Assembly (NCBI GenBank): GCA_965223675.1
Contig: OZ245013.1
Span: 1,569,169 to 1,633,168 of the forward strand
Source of the DNA: Nitrospirales bacterium
GTDB taxonomy: Bacteria > Nitrospirota > Nitrospiria > Nitrospirales > UBA8639
Direction: 5' to 3'
DNA length: 64,000 bases
The notes beneath the pieces are model-generated. The model did not search any database, was not told the DNA's origin, and saw nothing but the letters and a program-made list of their open reading frames with translations. Shown in pieces: positions 57,224-64,000 of this stretch. The position numbers and the translations under genes are program-made. Position 1 is the stretch's first letter. The number at the start of each line of letters is the position of its first letter.

Positions 57224-57427
57224 AATGTCTTTCTAGGAAGAAAGCAATCTTTTCACATAGTCACAGAAATCAATTATCAGGACTCTGAACACTTACCTTA
57301 TCCAACTGAATCTTCGAACATACGTTTAGCATCTTCATTCTGGAGAAAATATGCGACTGAGTCAGAAGTCTTTGTCATCATTGCCTGAGTCTCATCAGCC
57401 AGTGAGTAGCTTCATCCACTATTACGC

Positions 57428-58453
57428 TCACGCCGCGTGTTGGTATTCTAAAGAAGAGTTAGATATCACCTGCCAGTTCTTGTCGATCCAGCTTGCAGTT
57501 TGTCGTAAGCCTTCATCAAGCGAAATTTGCGTGGACCATCCAAGCTCAGACCGACTTCGACTTGAGTCGATTTTATACGCCGCGTCCTGTCCTAGTCGTT
57601 CTTCAACGGTAACGGTTGACTCCGAAAAGTCTCTTCCGAACAAGAGACACAGTTGTTTCACGACATCTCTTACGGCAATTCCACGTTCTGGAGAGAAATG
57701 ATAAATCTTTCCAGAACTCCCGTGCTCCATAGCCAACAACTCACCTCTCGAGACATCACGAATGTGAATATAGGACTTCACGGCTTTCCCGCCGCCATGT
57801 AGATGAATCTTCTGTCTTGTTTTTAGTGAAATAATCGTTCGAGGAATAATCTTGAAAAGCTGTTGATGCGGACCATACACATTGGTTGCCCGAATCATCA
57901 CCAGTGGGAAATTGTAGTTTTTGACTAATGTAAAGAGATAAAGATCGGCTGCCGCTTTAGAGGCGGCATAGGGAGTACTAGGATTCAGTGGAGCCGACTC
58001 GGTCACACGGCCTTCACACGTTCCGTATACTTCTGGAGACGAGATGTGGACATATCGCTTGAGATATTCTCGTTCTTTGAGGGCATTCGTGAGTTTTGCC
58101 AGTGCCACAGCATTGGTTTGAAACCAATGCTCTGGATGCTGCCAACTTGGTGCGACTTCACTTTGCGCAGCAAAATTGACGATGTAGTCTGGTTTGACTG
58201 AATCCAAGAGTCGAATGATTCGATCACCATCAATATTGAGATCCATTTGATAAAAGGTAAATTTTGATCGGTCATGCCGCTTATACGGAAGAAAGGTCCC
58301 ATTTTTCTCTGCCGACCGACTCACGCCAACGACCGTATTGCGAGGGTCTTCCAAGAGTAGATCGATAAAATCACTTCCTGAAAAAGAATTACTTCCAATG
58401 ACGACAATCTTTCGTAACGTATTCGAACTAGTGATTAGTCCTCCGATATTCAT
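57428..58453 (-). CDS. NDP-hexose 4,6-dehydratase (RmlB-like extended SDR)
   Basis: VVIGSNSFSGSDF, NFAAQSEV, SSPEVYG and YAASKAAADL (YxxxK) motifs. Confidence 0.8.
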   Translation of the reverse strand: MNIGGLITSSNTLRKIVVIGSNSFSGSDFIDLLLEDPRNTVVGVSRSAEKNGTFLPYKRHDRSKFTFYQMDLNIDGDRIIRLLDSVKPDYIVNFAAQSEVAPSWQHPEHWFQTNAVALAKLTNALKEREYLKRYVHISSPEVYGTCEGRVTESAPLNPSTPYAASKAAADLYLFTLVKNYNFPLVMIRATNVYGPHQQLFKIIPRTIISLKTRQKIHLHGGGKAVKSYIHIRDVSRGELLAMEHGSSGKIYHFSPERGIAVRDVVKQLCLLFGRDFSESTVTVEERLGQDAAYKIDSSRSRSELGWSTQISLDEGLRQTASWIDKNWQVISNSSLEYQHAA

Positions 58454-58464
58454 GAAGTTCCTTT

Positions 58465-59523
58465 CTAAAATGGACCGACAAAGCTTCGATCTGGAACATC
58501 GAGCGGGTGAGAAGAGTGCTCCAAATCGATTTCTGTTATCTCTTTTTTATTCATTAAAGACCGGACGACATTCATGATTTGGATTGCGCGTGGGTAATAA
58601 TGCTCCGTTAACGCATGAGAAGTCGGCGTAGGACAATCCGGCAACCCGATTCGCTTCGGAGAACATTTAAGCTCGAAAAATGCATGTTCCACGACCAGAG
58701 AAACAATCTCTGCCGAGACACCAAACGAGGTCCACCCAGTATCCGCCACCACGAGACGTCCGGTCTTACAGACTGATTTCACGATGAGCGAGTCATCTAA
58801 AGGACGCAGACTCCGAACATCCACAACTTCAGCCCCAATCCCATCTTCTGCCAGCATGTTTGCCGCTCTCATGGCTTCGAGTGTCATATAAGAAGTCGCC
58901 ACGATCGTCACATCAGAACCTTGTCTGAGCACTCGACTCGTCCCTAAAGGAACTCGATAGAGACCGTCTGGCACATGATCAATCGTGTCATGCAGCCAGC
59001 GATGTTCGAGAAACACCACAGGGTTAGGATCTTCGATACTCGCGATCAGTAATCCCTTAGCATCATAGGCCGTTGTCGGCATGACTACCTTGAGCCCTGG
59101 AATATGCGAAAACCAGGCTTGTAAGCTTTGGGAATGTTGAGGGCCCTGTCCCCACCCCCTTCCGATCATTAATCGGATAACTAAGGGAACACTGTGCTGG
59201 CCACCGAACATGTACTGCCAATTCGCCGCTTGATTCACCATTTGTTCTACAGCTAATAAAGCAAAATCCATACGTTGGTGAGTCATAACGGGCTTCATGC
59301 CCATTAACGCGGAACCAATAGCCACGCCGGTCATTGCATTTTCCGAGGTGGGCATATCCATAACTCGATTTTCACCATAATCTTCTTCTAACCCTCGCGT
59401 ACTCCCGAATATCCCTTTGGGATCCGGAACGCCCAACCCCATCACATACACAGCGGGGTCTTTTTCCAGGCAAAGATCCAAAGCTTCTCTGATGGCTTCA
59501 ACGTATGTTCGTTGTCGAGTCAT
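58465..59523 (-). CDS. TPP-dependent 2-oxoacid dehydrogenase E1 component, beta subunit-like
   Basis: MTRQRTYVEAIREAL...DVMGLGVPDP...MPTSENAMTGVAIG, typical of an E1-beta/transketolase pyrimidine-binding domain. The ATG at 59523 overlaps the alpha stop (ATGA). The track ORF start at 59667 is an artefact. Confidence 0.85.
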   Translation of the reverse strand: MTRQRTYVEAIREALDLCLEKDPAVYVMGLGVPDPKGIFGSTRGLEEDYGENRVMDMPTSENAMTGVAIGSALMGMKPVMTHQRMDFALLAVEQMVNQAANWQYMFGGQHSVPLVIRLMIGRGWGQGPQHSQSLQAWFSHIPGLKVVMPTTAYDAKGLLIASIEDPNPVVFLEHRWLHDTIDHVPDGLYRVPLGTSRVLRQGSDVTIVATSYMTLEAMRAANMLAEDGIGAEVVDVRSLRPLDDSLIVKSVCKTGRLVVADTGWTSFGVSAEIVSLVVEHAFFELKCSPKRIGLPDCPTPTSHALTEHYYPRAIQIMNVVRSLMNKKEITEIDLEHSSHPLDVPDRSFVGPF

Positions 59524-60557
59524 GCGGCTTTTTCTCTGGATGGTACGGAATGCACAGCATACACATGTTGAAATAACTGCTCCTTCGGTGGAAACTGACT
59601 TTTTTGGGCGTATCGTACGGCGGCCTCTATCTCCGACGAGAGACGTTCCACATGACCACGTTCCCAAGACGCATCAAACCCGCCTCGCTGAGACAAAACA
59701 TGTTTTGTCTTTTCGATTGGGCACCTTGTGTGCCATTCTTCAAACTCCGACAGCGTTCGATATCCTAAGTGATGATCAAAGTTTGGCCCGCAATGTTCTC
59801 GCCATCGATAGGTTTCAAATTCGAGAAATGTTGGGCCACCACTGTTCCGTGCTTTGTGTACCGCCTGTGAAGCTGATTCATAGACGGCACGCACATCATT
59901 GCCATCTAGTCGCTTACCCTCACATCCATGCGCTTCCGCAATGAGCATGACATCACGCGTATGAGGTTGCCGAACTGATAAAGGGGAATACACCGAATAC
60001 AAATTGTTTTCACAGACGAATATGATTGGCAGGTTTTTCAGCACGGCAAAGTTCACACTTTCGTGAAATGTCCCTTCTTCGGTAGCTCCTTCTCCAAAGT
60101 ACACGACGGTGACGATAGGCTGTCCTTTCAACAGAGCACCAAATGCCGCGCCGACAGCAATTGGAATTGAACTCGCGACGATTGGGGTCGCGCCTAAAAA
60201 TCCAGCGGACAGGTCAACCAAGTGCATCGACCCACCTTTTCCCTTGGCGCATCCGCTTTCCTTTCCATAAATCTCAGCGAGCATCCGACTGAGATCTCCC
60301 CCTTTGGCTAAATAATGTCCGTGAGAGCGATGACCGCTCAAGACCACATCATTTTTCCTTAATGTTGCGCTGACTCCAACCGGAATCGCTTCTTGCCCAA
60401 TACACAAATGTACCGGGCAACGCATCTCCTTGTCGGTATACAGGTCAGCAATTCGCTCTTCGACCATCCTGATTCGAAGCATTTCAAGATAAAGATATCG
60501 CAGCAGATCAGAAGAAAGAGATCGATCGATGCGTGTCATGTGATCAGTAGTTTTCAT
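59520..60557 (-). CDS. TPP-dependent 2-oxoacid dehydrogenase E1 component, alpha subunit-like
   Basis: The TPP-binding motif region (YFGEGATEEGTFHESVNFA...PIIFVCENNLY) matches the GDG-X-N pattern of E1-alpha. Confidence 0.85.
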   Translation of the reverse strand: MKTTDHMTRIDRSLSSDLLRYLYLEMLRIRMVEERIADLYTDKEMRCPVHLCIGQEAIPVGVSATLRKNDVVLSGHRSHGHYLAKGGDLSRMLAEIYGKESGCAKGKGGSMHLVDLSAGFLGATPIVASSIPIAVGAAFGALLKGQPIVTVVYFGEGATEEGTFHESVNFAVLKNLPIIFVCENNLYSVYSPLSVRQPHTRDVMLIAEAHGCEGKRLDGNDVRAVYESASQAVHKARNSGGPTFLEFETYRWREHCGPNFDHHLGYRTLSEFEEWHTRCPIEKTKHVLSQRGGFDASWERGHVERLSSEIEAAVRYAQKSQFPPKEQLFQHVYAVHSVPSREKAA

Positions 60558-60594
60558 CGTCTTCTACACAGAACGTAGGGCTTCAATTTCTTGC

Positions 60595-61599
60595 TTAAAT
60601 CAGTTCGACTTCTTTCATACGCTTGATATTGAAATACCGACTGTCATCGAAGGAATTTGGAATTTTCCCTTCTTGAAAAGCCGTGATGAGATCCCCAATA
60701 GCATCTCGAACCGAATGGTTAGGAGTGAACCCTAATACGCGGGCAATCTTTTCTGACGAGATATGATAGGAACGATGATCATCGGTCTCCGTATGGATAA
60801 TCTCGACATCCTGCCCAACTTTACTCTGAACCATTTCTGCAATGTCTGACACGCGATGATTATGATATCCGGCATTAAAAATTTCCCCATTTATTTTTTC
60901 AGACGGCCAATTTAAGCATTGCGTATAGACTTCCACCATGTCCTGAATATGGATGTTTGGCCGTTTCTGCTGCCCGCCAAACACAGTAATCCTTCGATTA
61001 TTGACTGCATGATTCGTCAAAATATTCACCGTCAGATCCAACCTCAGTCGCGGAGAATAGCCGCAGACCGTGGCAGGGCGAATGACCACCACTTCAAATC
61101 CCGCACGTTGTTTTTTCAATAAGATCTCCTCACAGAGCGCTTTGTACTTGGAATAATCCGTCAAAGGGGTCAGTGGAAGATCTTCTGTTACATTTTCCTC
61201 TTTCTTCACACCGTACACAGAAGATGACGAAGCATAGATAAAACGTTTCACGCCAAGCTCGCAAGCTCGGTCTACTAAACCGGAAAAAGCATCATAGTTG
61301 ATCGAACGACCCAAAGATGGGTTCAGTTCAAAACTTGGATCGTTTGAAATGCAAGCTAAATGTATCATGACATCGCATCCGGGAATTATCTGCTCTACTA
61401 GTCTATGGTCCCTAATGTCTCCGCGAACTTCCTCGAGATTATGATGCCCTCGTACCGATTCAAGGACTGACTCTCCATAGAGATAGAGATCCAGAACCTT
61501 CACTCGATAGCCTTCGTCCAGTAATCGAGGCACTAACGCTGAGCCAACATATCCAGCTCCTCCAGTTACCAACACCGTCTTGCAACCTTGAGCACTCAT
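60595..61599 (-). CDS. NAD-dependent nucleotide-sugar epimerase/dehydratase (extended SDR)
   Basis: VLVTGGAGYVGS Rossmann motif and YSKYK (YxxxK). Confidence 0.8.
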   Translation of the reverse strand: MSAQGCKTVLVTGGAGYVGSALVPRLLDEGYRVKVLDLYLYGESVLESVRGHHNLEEVRGDIRDHRLVEQIIPGCDVMIHLACISNDPSFELNPSLGRSINYDAFSGLVDRACELGVKRFIYASSSSVYGVKKEENVTEDLPLTPLTDYSKYKALCEEILLKKQRAGFEVVVIRPATVCGYSPRLRLDLTVNILTNHAVNNRRITVFGGQQKRPNIHIQDMVEVYTQCLNWPSEKINGEIFNAGYHNHRVSDIAEMVQSKVGQDVEIIHTETDDHRSYHISSEKIARVLGFTPNHSVRDAIGDLITAFQEGKIPNSFDDSRYFNIKRMKEVELI

Positions 61600-61703
61600 G
61601 AAGTCCTATCTCCTCGTGACATACTGTGAAAAGTTAAAAGTAAGAAGATTGAAGTAGGTCACAACATTCTCCTCAATACATTTCACTTGTTACTCCTTAC
61701 CGT

Positions 61704-63239
61704 TCACTTCAACAGTGATTCAACACTTCGTTGCAGTTGAACTCGATCAAGAGAAGCACGATTTCCCACAGTCATCACAGCTTGAGCCCCTGCTAAATTT
61801 CCGATTAATCCAACGACATCTGAAGGAACCCCCATCGCCACACACGGAGCAGTTAAGGCAAACAACGCATCTCCTGCTCCAATTCGATCAACAACTTTGA
61901 CCGCTAAAGAGGGAGTTTCAAAGAACCCATCATGCTGGTGATAAAGCAACGTTCCCTTATTCCCCTGGGTAACCATGACGGACGGACATCTCAAATCCTT
62001 CGACAGACTTTTTACGATAGACTTCAAGTTTCCACGAGCATCTCGCCGATCCACCCGTATCTCTTTTTCTTGTATGGAGATGTAGTCAGCCTTCCTATAT
62101 TTTGAGATTGTGTGAAACCCCATATTCGCAGCATTAATTTGAGTATTCACCGCTAAAAACGGGGCATGTTCCCCCACAAGATGAATTGCGGCTGGCGACA
62201 GTAACCCATGCCCGAAGTCTGCTACAATCGCCAGATCGCAATGTGCGAGTTTTTCCTTCAGCGTGTCACGCAGTTCCATATCTTCTCGATCGGTAAGAAC
62301 CGTATCGTTCATCTCATACACTTCCAAGAGTTTGGAAAATTGATATTGCTCAATGAATCGACGTTTAACGATGGTGGGAGAGCCAGACTTAAAGATAAAG
62401 GTCGGTTCGATATTGGTTTTTAGATTTTCTCGGATGAATCGTTCGTGCGGGTGCATCGTCCCCAAGTACGACACGAGCTCCACGCGATCACAGAAGCTTG
62501 CAAGATGGTTCGCAACCGCCAAACTACCACCTAACTGTTTTTCTTTTGAGGCATACTGCATAGCGAGGATAGGTTCTTTAGAGGATTTCCCTAACGCATG
62601 GCAATACACGTATTCATCGATGATCGCTTCTCCAATCACCAACACTCTGAGAGAACGCATGCGCTCAAGGTATTCAATAATGTTTTCTGCTCTATACTGT
62701 TCTCGAAATTTTGTCAGCCACCCATTCAAGTCTGGCGGAAACAAGGGAACATAACGGTTCAATAAACTCGTGGAGCTAAACTGCACGTCATTGGTGATTT
62801 CAAGACGTCCGCCAACGGATTGTACGGCAGCCTGCTCCCGTGCAAGTCCACCGGTTAAATCGGGGCGATCCTGGCTATAGTCCGGCCCTTTCACGTAGAC
62901 ATCTGGTTTTAAGGCTTTGATCGCATTCTCGGCTGTCTCCCAGCGATTAATGGCGACGTAGTCCACCGCATCCAAGGCCGCAATACCTTCAACTCTCAAA
63001 TCTTGCTGAAATGCAGGTCGATGAGGACCTTTATTCACATAACGATCGGGCGTAACCGTCACGACCAGCACATCTCCCAGCGCTTTGGCTTCTTCCAAAT
63101 GACGAATATGACCGACATGAAGTAAATCAAAGACTCCATGACAGTGCACAATGGTCTTTCCCCGACAACGAGCGTCTTGAAGAAGCAATTCTAACTCTTC
63201 AAGGGATTGTGCTTTTCTCAGGACGGCTACACTTGCCAT
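61704..63239 (-). CDS. bifunctional cytidylyltransferase-fold nucleotidyltransferase / PfkB-family sugar kinase (domain order reversed relative to HldE)
   Basis: N-terminal HCHGVFDLLHVGHIRHLEEA (HxGH nucleotidyltransferase motif). The C-terminal ribokinase-like domain ends with VVDRIGAGDALFA (PfkB GAGD motif). Confidence 0.8.
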   Translation of the reverse strand: MASVAVLRKAQSLEELELLLQDARCRGKTIVHCHGVFDLLHVGHIRHLEEAKALGDVLVVTVTPDRYVNKGPHRPAFQQDLRVEGIAALDAVDYVAINRWETAENAIKALKPDVYVKGPDYSQDRPDLTGGLAREQAAVQSVGGRLEITNDVQFSSTSLLNRYVPLFPPDLNGWLTKFREQYRAENIIEYLERMRSLRVLVIGEAIIDEYVYCHALGKSSKEPILAMQYASKEKQLGGSLAVANHLASFCDRVELVSYLGTMHPHERFIRENLKTNIEPTFIFKSGSPTIVKRRFIEQYQFSKLLEVYEMNDTVLTDREDMELRDTLKEKLAHCDLAIVADFGHGLLSPAAIHLVGEHAPFLAVNTQINAANMGFHTISKYRKADYISIQEKEIRVDRRDARGNLKSIVKSLSKDLRCPSVMVTQGNKGTLLYHQHDGFFETPSLAVKVVDRIGAGDALFALTAPCVAMGVPSDVVGLIGNLAGAQAVMTVGNRASLDRVQLQRSVESLLK

Positions 63240-63241
63240 AT

Positions 63242-64000
63242 TTAGGCCTCACACGCCACAGGTTCATCAGAGCCTCGACCCAAATACCGAAACCAATCCG
63301 CAGAAGCTGTCGCAATGGAAACAGGATCCCACACTGGGGCCCCTTCCCAAGCACTGATTTGTTCAAGCATCACATTCACACCATCTTCCAAGGAGATCGT
63401 CGGCATCCACCCAAGAATATTTTGCGCCTTCTTAGTATCTGCGAATGTACAATCGGGCTCTCCCGGACGTTTGGGAATGTAGACGGCTGTTCCACCAAGA
63501 AGTTCCACGAGTTGATTGATACTATAGGTTCCTCCCGAACCTATATTAAACATTTCTTGTGAACAGTCAGATTCGGCTGCCTTCACAAAGGCTTCGACCA
63601 CATCCGTCACAAAGGTGAAGTCGCGAGTTTGCGTACCATCTCCGACAACCGTCAATGGTTTCTGTTGGAGTTTCTGAGCAAGAAATACCCCGAAGACGGC
63701 GCCATAAGTACCTGAGGTTCGCGCACGTGGCCCATAGACATTAAAGAGGCGAAGGGACACCACCGGCAAACGATAGGTCCGCGCCCAATGCATCACCAGT
63801 TGTTCGCCTAGATACTTGGTTAGGGCATAGGGGTATTGGGGTTGAATGGCCGCTGTTTCCGGAGTCGGATAGATATCTGGGATTCCATAACATGACGATG
63901 AAGCGGTATAGATAAATCGTTTGATTCCTGCTTTTCTTGCACCTTCGACCAGCGTGGCGGTCCCCGAAACATTTGCCCGATAATACGCTAAGGGATTGAC
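63242..64000 (-). CDS. NAD-dependent nucleotide-sugar epimerase/dehydratase, C-terminal part (5' end outside the window)
   Basis: The frame stays open to nt 64000. YPYALTKYLGEQL (YxxxK), then FNVYGPR and GDGTQTRDFTFV motifs of the GalE/UXS-like extended SDRs. Confidence 0.8.
   Translation of the reverse strand, partial: VNPLAYYRANVSGTATLVEGARKAGIKRFIYTASSSCYGIPDIYPTPETAAIQPQYPYALTKYLGEQLVMHWARTYRLPVVSLRLFNVYGPRARTSGTYGAVFGVFLAQKLQQKPLTVVGDGTQTRDFTFVTDVVEAFVKAAESDCSQEMFNIGSGGTYSINQLVELLGGTAVYIPKRPGEPDCTFADTKKAQNILGWMPTISLEDGVNVMLEQISAWEGAPVWDPVSIATASADWFRYLGRGSDEPVACEA

Noticed and set aside
57229-57246. Small hairpin CTTTCT-agga-AGAAAG next to the GT2 start, and a 27-codon ORF in the 204-nt gap 57224-57427.
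   Set aside because: A 6-bp AT-rich stem and a short ORF without an SD are not distinguishable from chance.
59524-59667. N-terminal 48-aa extension of the E1-beta ORF overlapping the E1-alpha gene.
   Set aside because: The conserved E1-beta N-terminus starts at the ATG at 59523, which forms an ATGA overlap with the alpha stop. The extension is an ORF-caller artefact.
1-64000. A search for CRISPR arrays, transposases, integrases, toxin-antitoxin pairs, restriction-modification or other defence systems.
   Set aside because: No direct-repeat/spacer arrays and no ORFs with recognisable recombinase, nuclease-defence or toxin motifs were seen. The accessory content of the window is glycan-related.
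38122-64000. An apparently lower GC content in parts of the island (for example 52.5-57.2 kb) than in the LPS block, as evidence of horizontal transfer.
   Set aside because: This rests on hand counts of a few 60-nt lines (roughly 40-47% versus about 55%). It needs a proper sliding-window GC and codon-usage calculation before any claim can be made.

Overview
The window looks like a chromosomal segment of a Gram-negative (diderm), flagellated, probably nitrite-metabolising bacterium. The gene order resembles Nitrospirota, Nitrospinota or delta-proteobacteria, but taxonomy cannot be settled from sequence alone.

Layout:
- 1-3.5 kb: 3' end of nirK, a cupin, a DsbA-like protein, tRNA-Ser(GCU) and an orphan ORF.
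- 3.5-25.5 kb: a long minus-strand block for LPS inner core, lipid A and outer-membrane biogenesis. It holds four GT9 heptosyltransferases, two WaaE-like GT2 and two GT4 enzymes, then gmhB, lpxK, waaA, a frameshifted DUF374 gene, msbA, lpxB, a GnnA-like oxidoreductase, lpxI, lpxA, fabZ, skp and bamA.
- 25.9-31.4 kb: plus-strand housekeeping genes (lon, thiL, DUF2062, an HD-domain dNTPase-like protein).
- 31.5-37.9 kb: minus-strand flagellar filament genes (fliC, flaG, fliD, fliS, a FliT-like gene), followed by a small protein, a PilZ protein and a lipoprotein.
- 38.1-64.0 kb: about 26 kb of co-directional glycan biosynthesis and transfer genes running straight into fliC.

The glycan island is the most interesting part. 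It contains two atypical GT9-like proteins, a Maf-N/CgeB-like protein plus two tandem CgeB-like paralogs, and a 1197-aa triple-GT2-TPR protein. It also encodes a private nucleotide-sugar pathway: a cytidylyltransferase-PfkB fusion in reversed HldE order, a 4,6-dehydratase, a TPP-dependent E1 alpha/beta pair without E2/E3, a Zn-ADH, a radical SAM/SPASM enzyme, a UGM-like flavoenzyme and four methyltransferases. I saw no Wzx/Wzy/ABC exporter, no polyprenyl-phosphate initiating transferase and no Pse/Leg genes. I read it as a candidate undescribed flagellin glycosylation system making a branched, methylated (possibly heptose-derived) sugar.

Smaller signals:
- An A9 tract that breaks the DUF374 gene.
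- A G8 tract and a 4x heptanucleotide repeat inside island glycosyltransferase genes.
- A sigma-28-type promoter plus a GGA-loop hairpin in the fliC leader.

No CRISPR array, transposase, integrase or prophage genes were seen. All function calls rest on motif recognition by eye. No database search or numerical composition analysis was possible.
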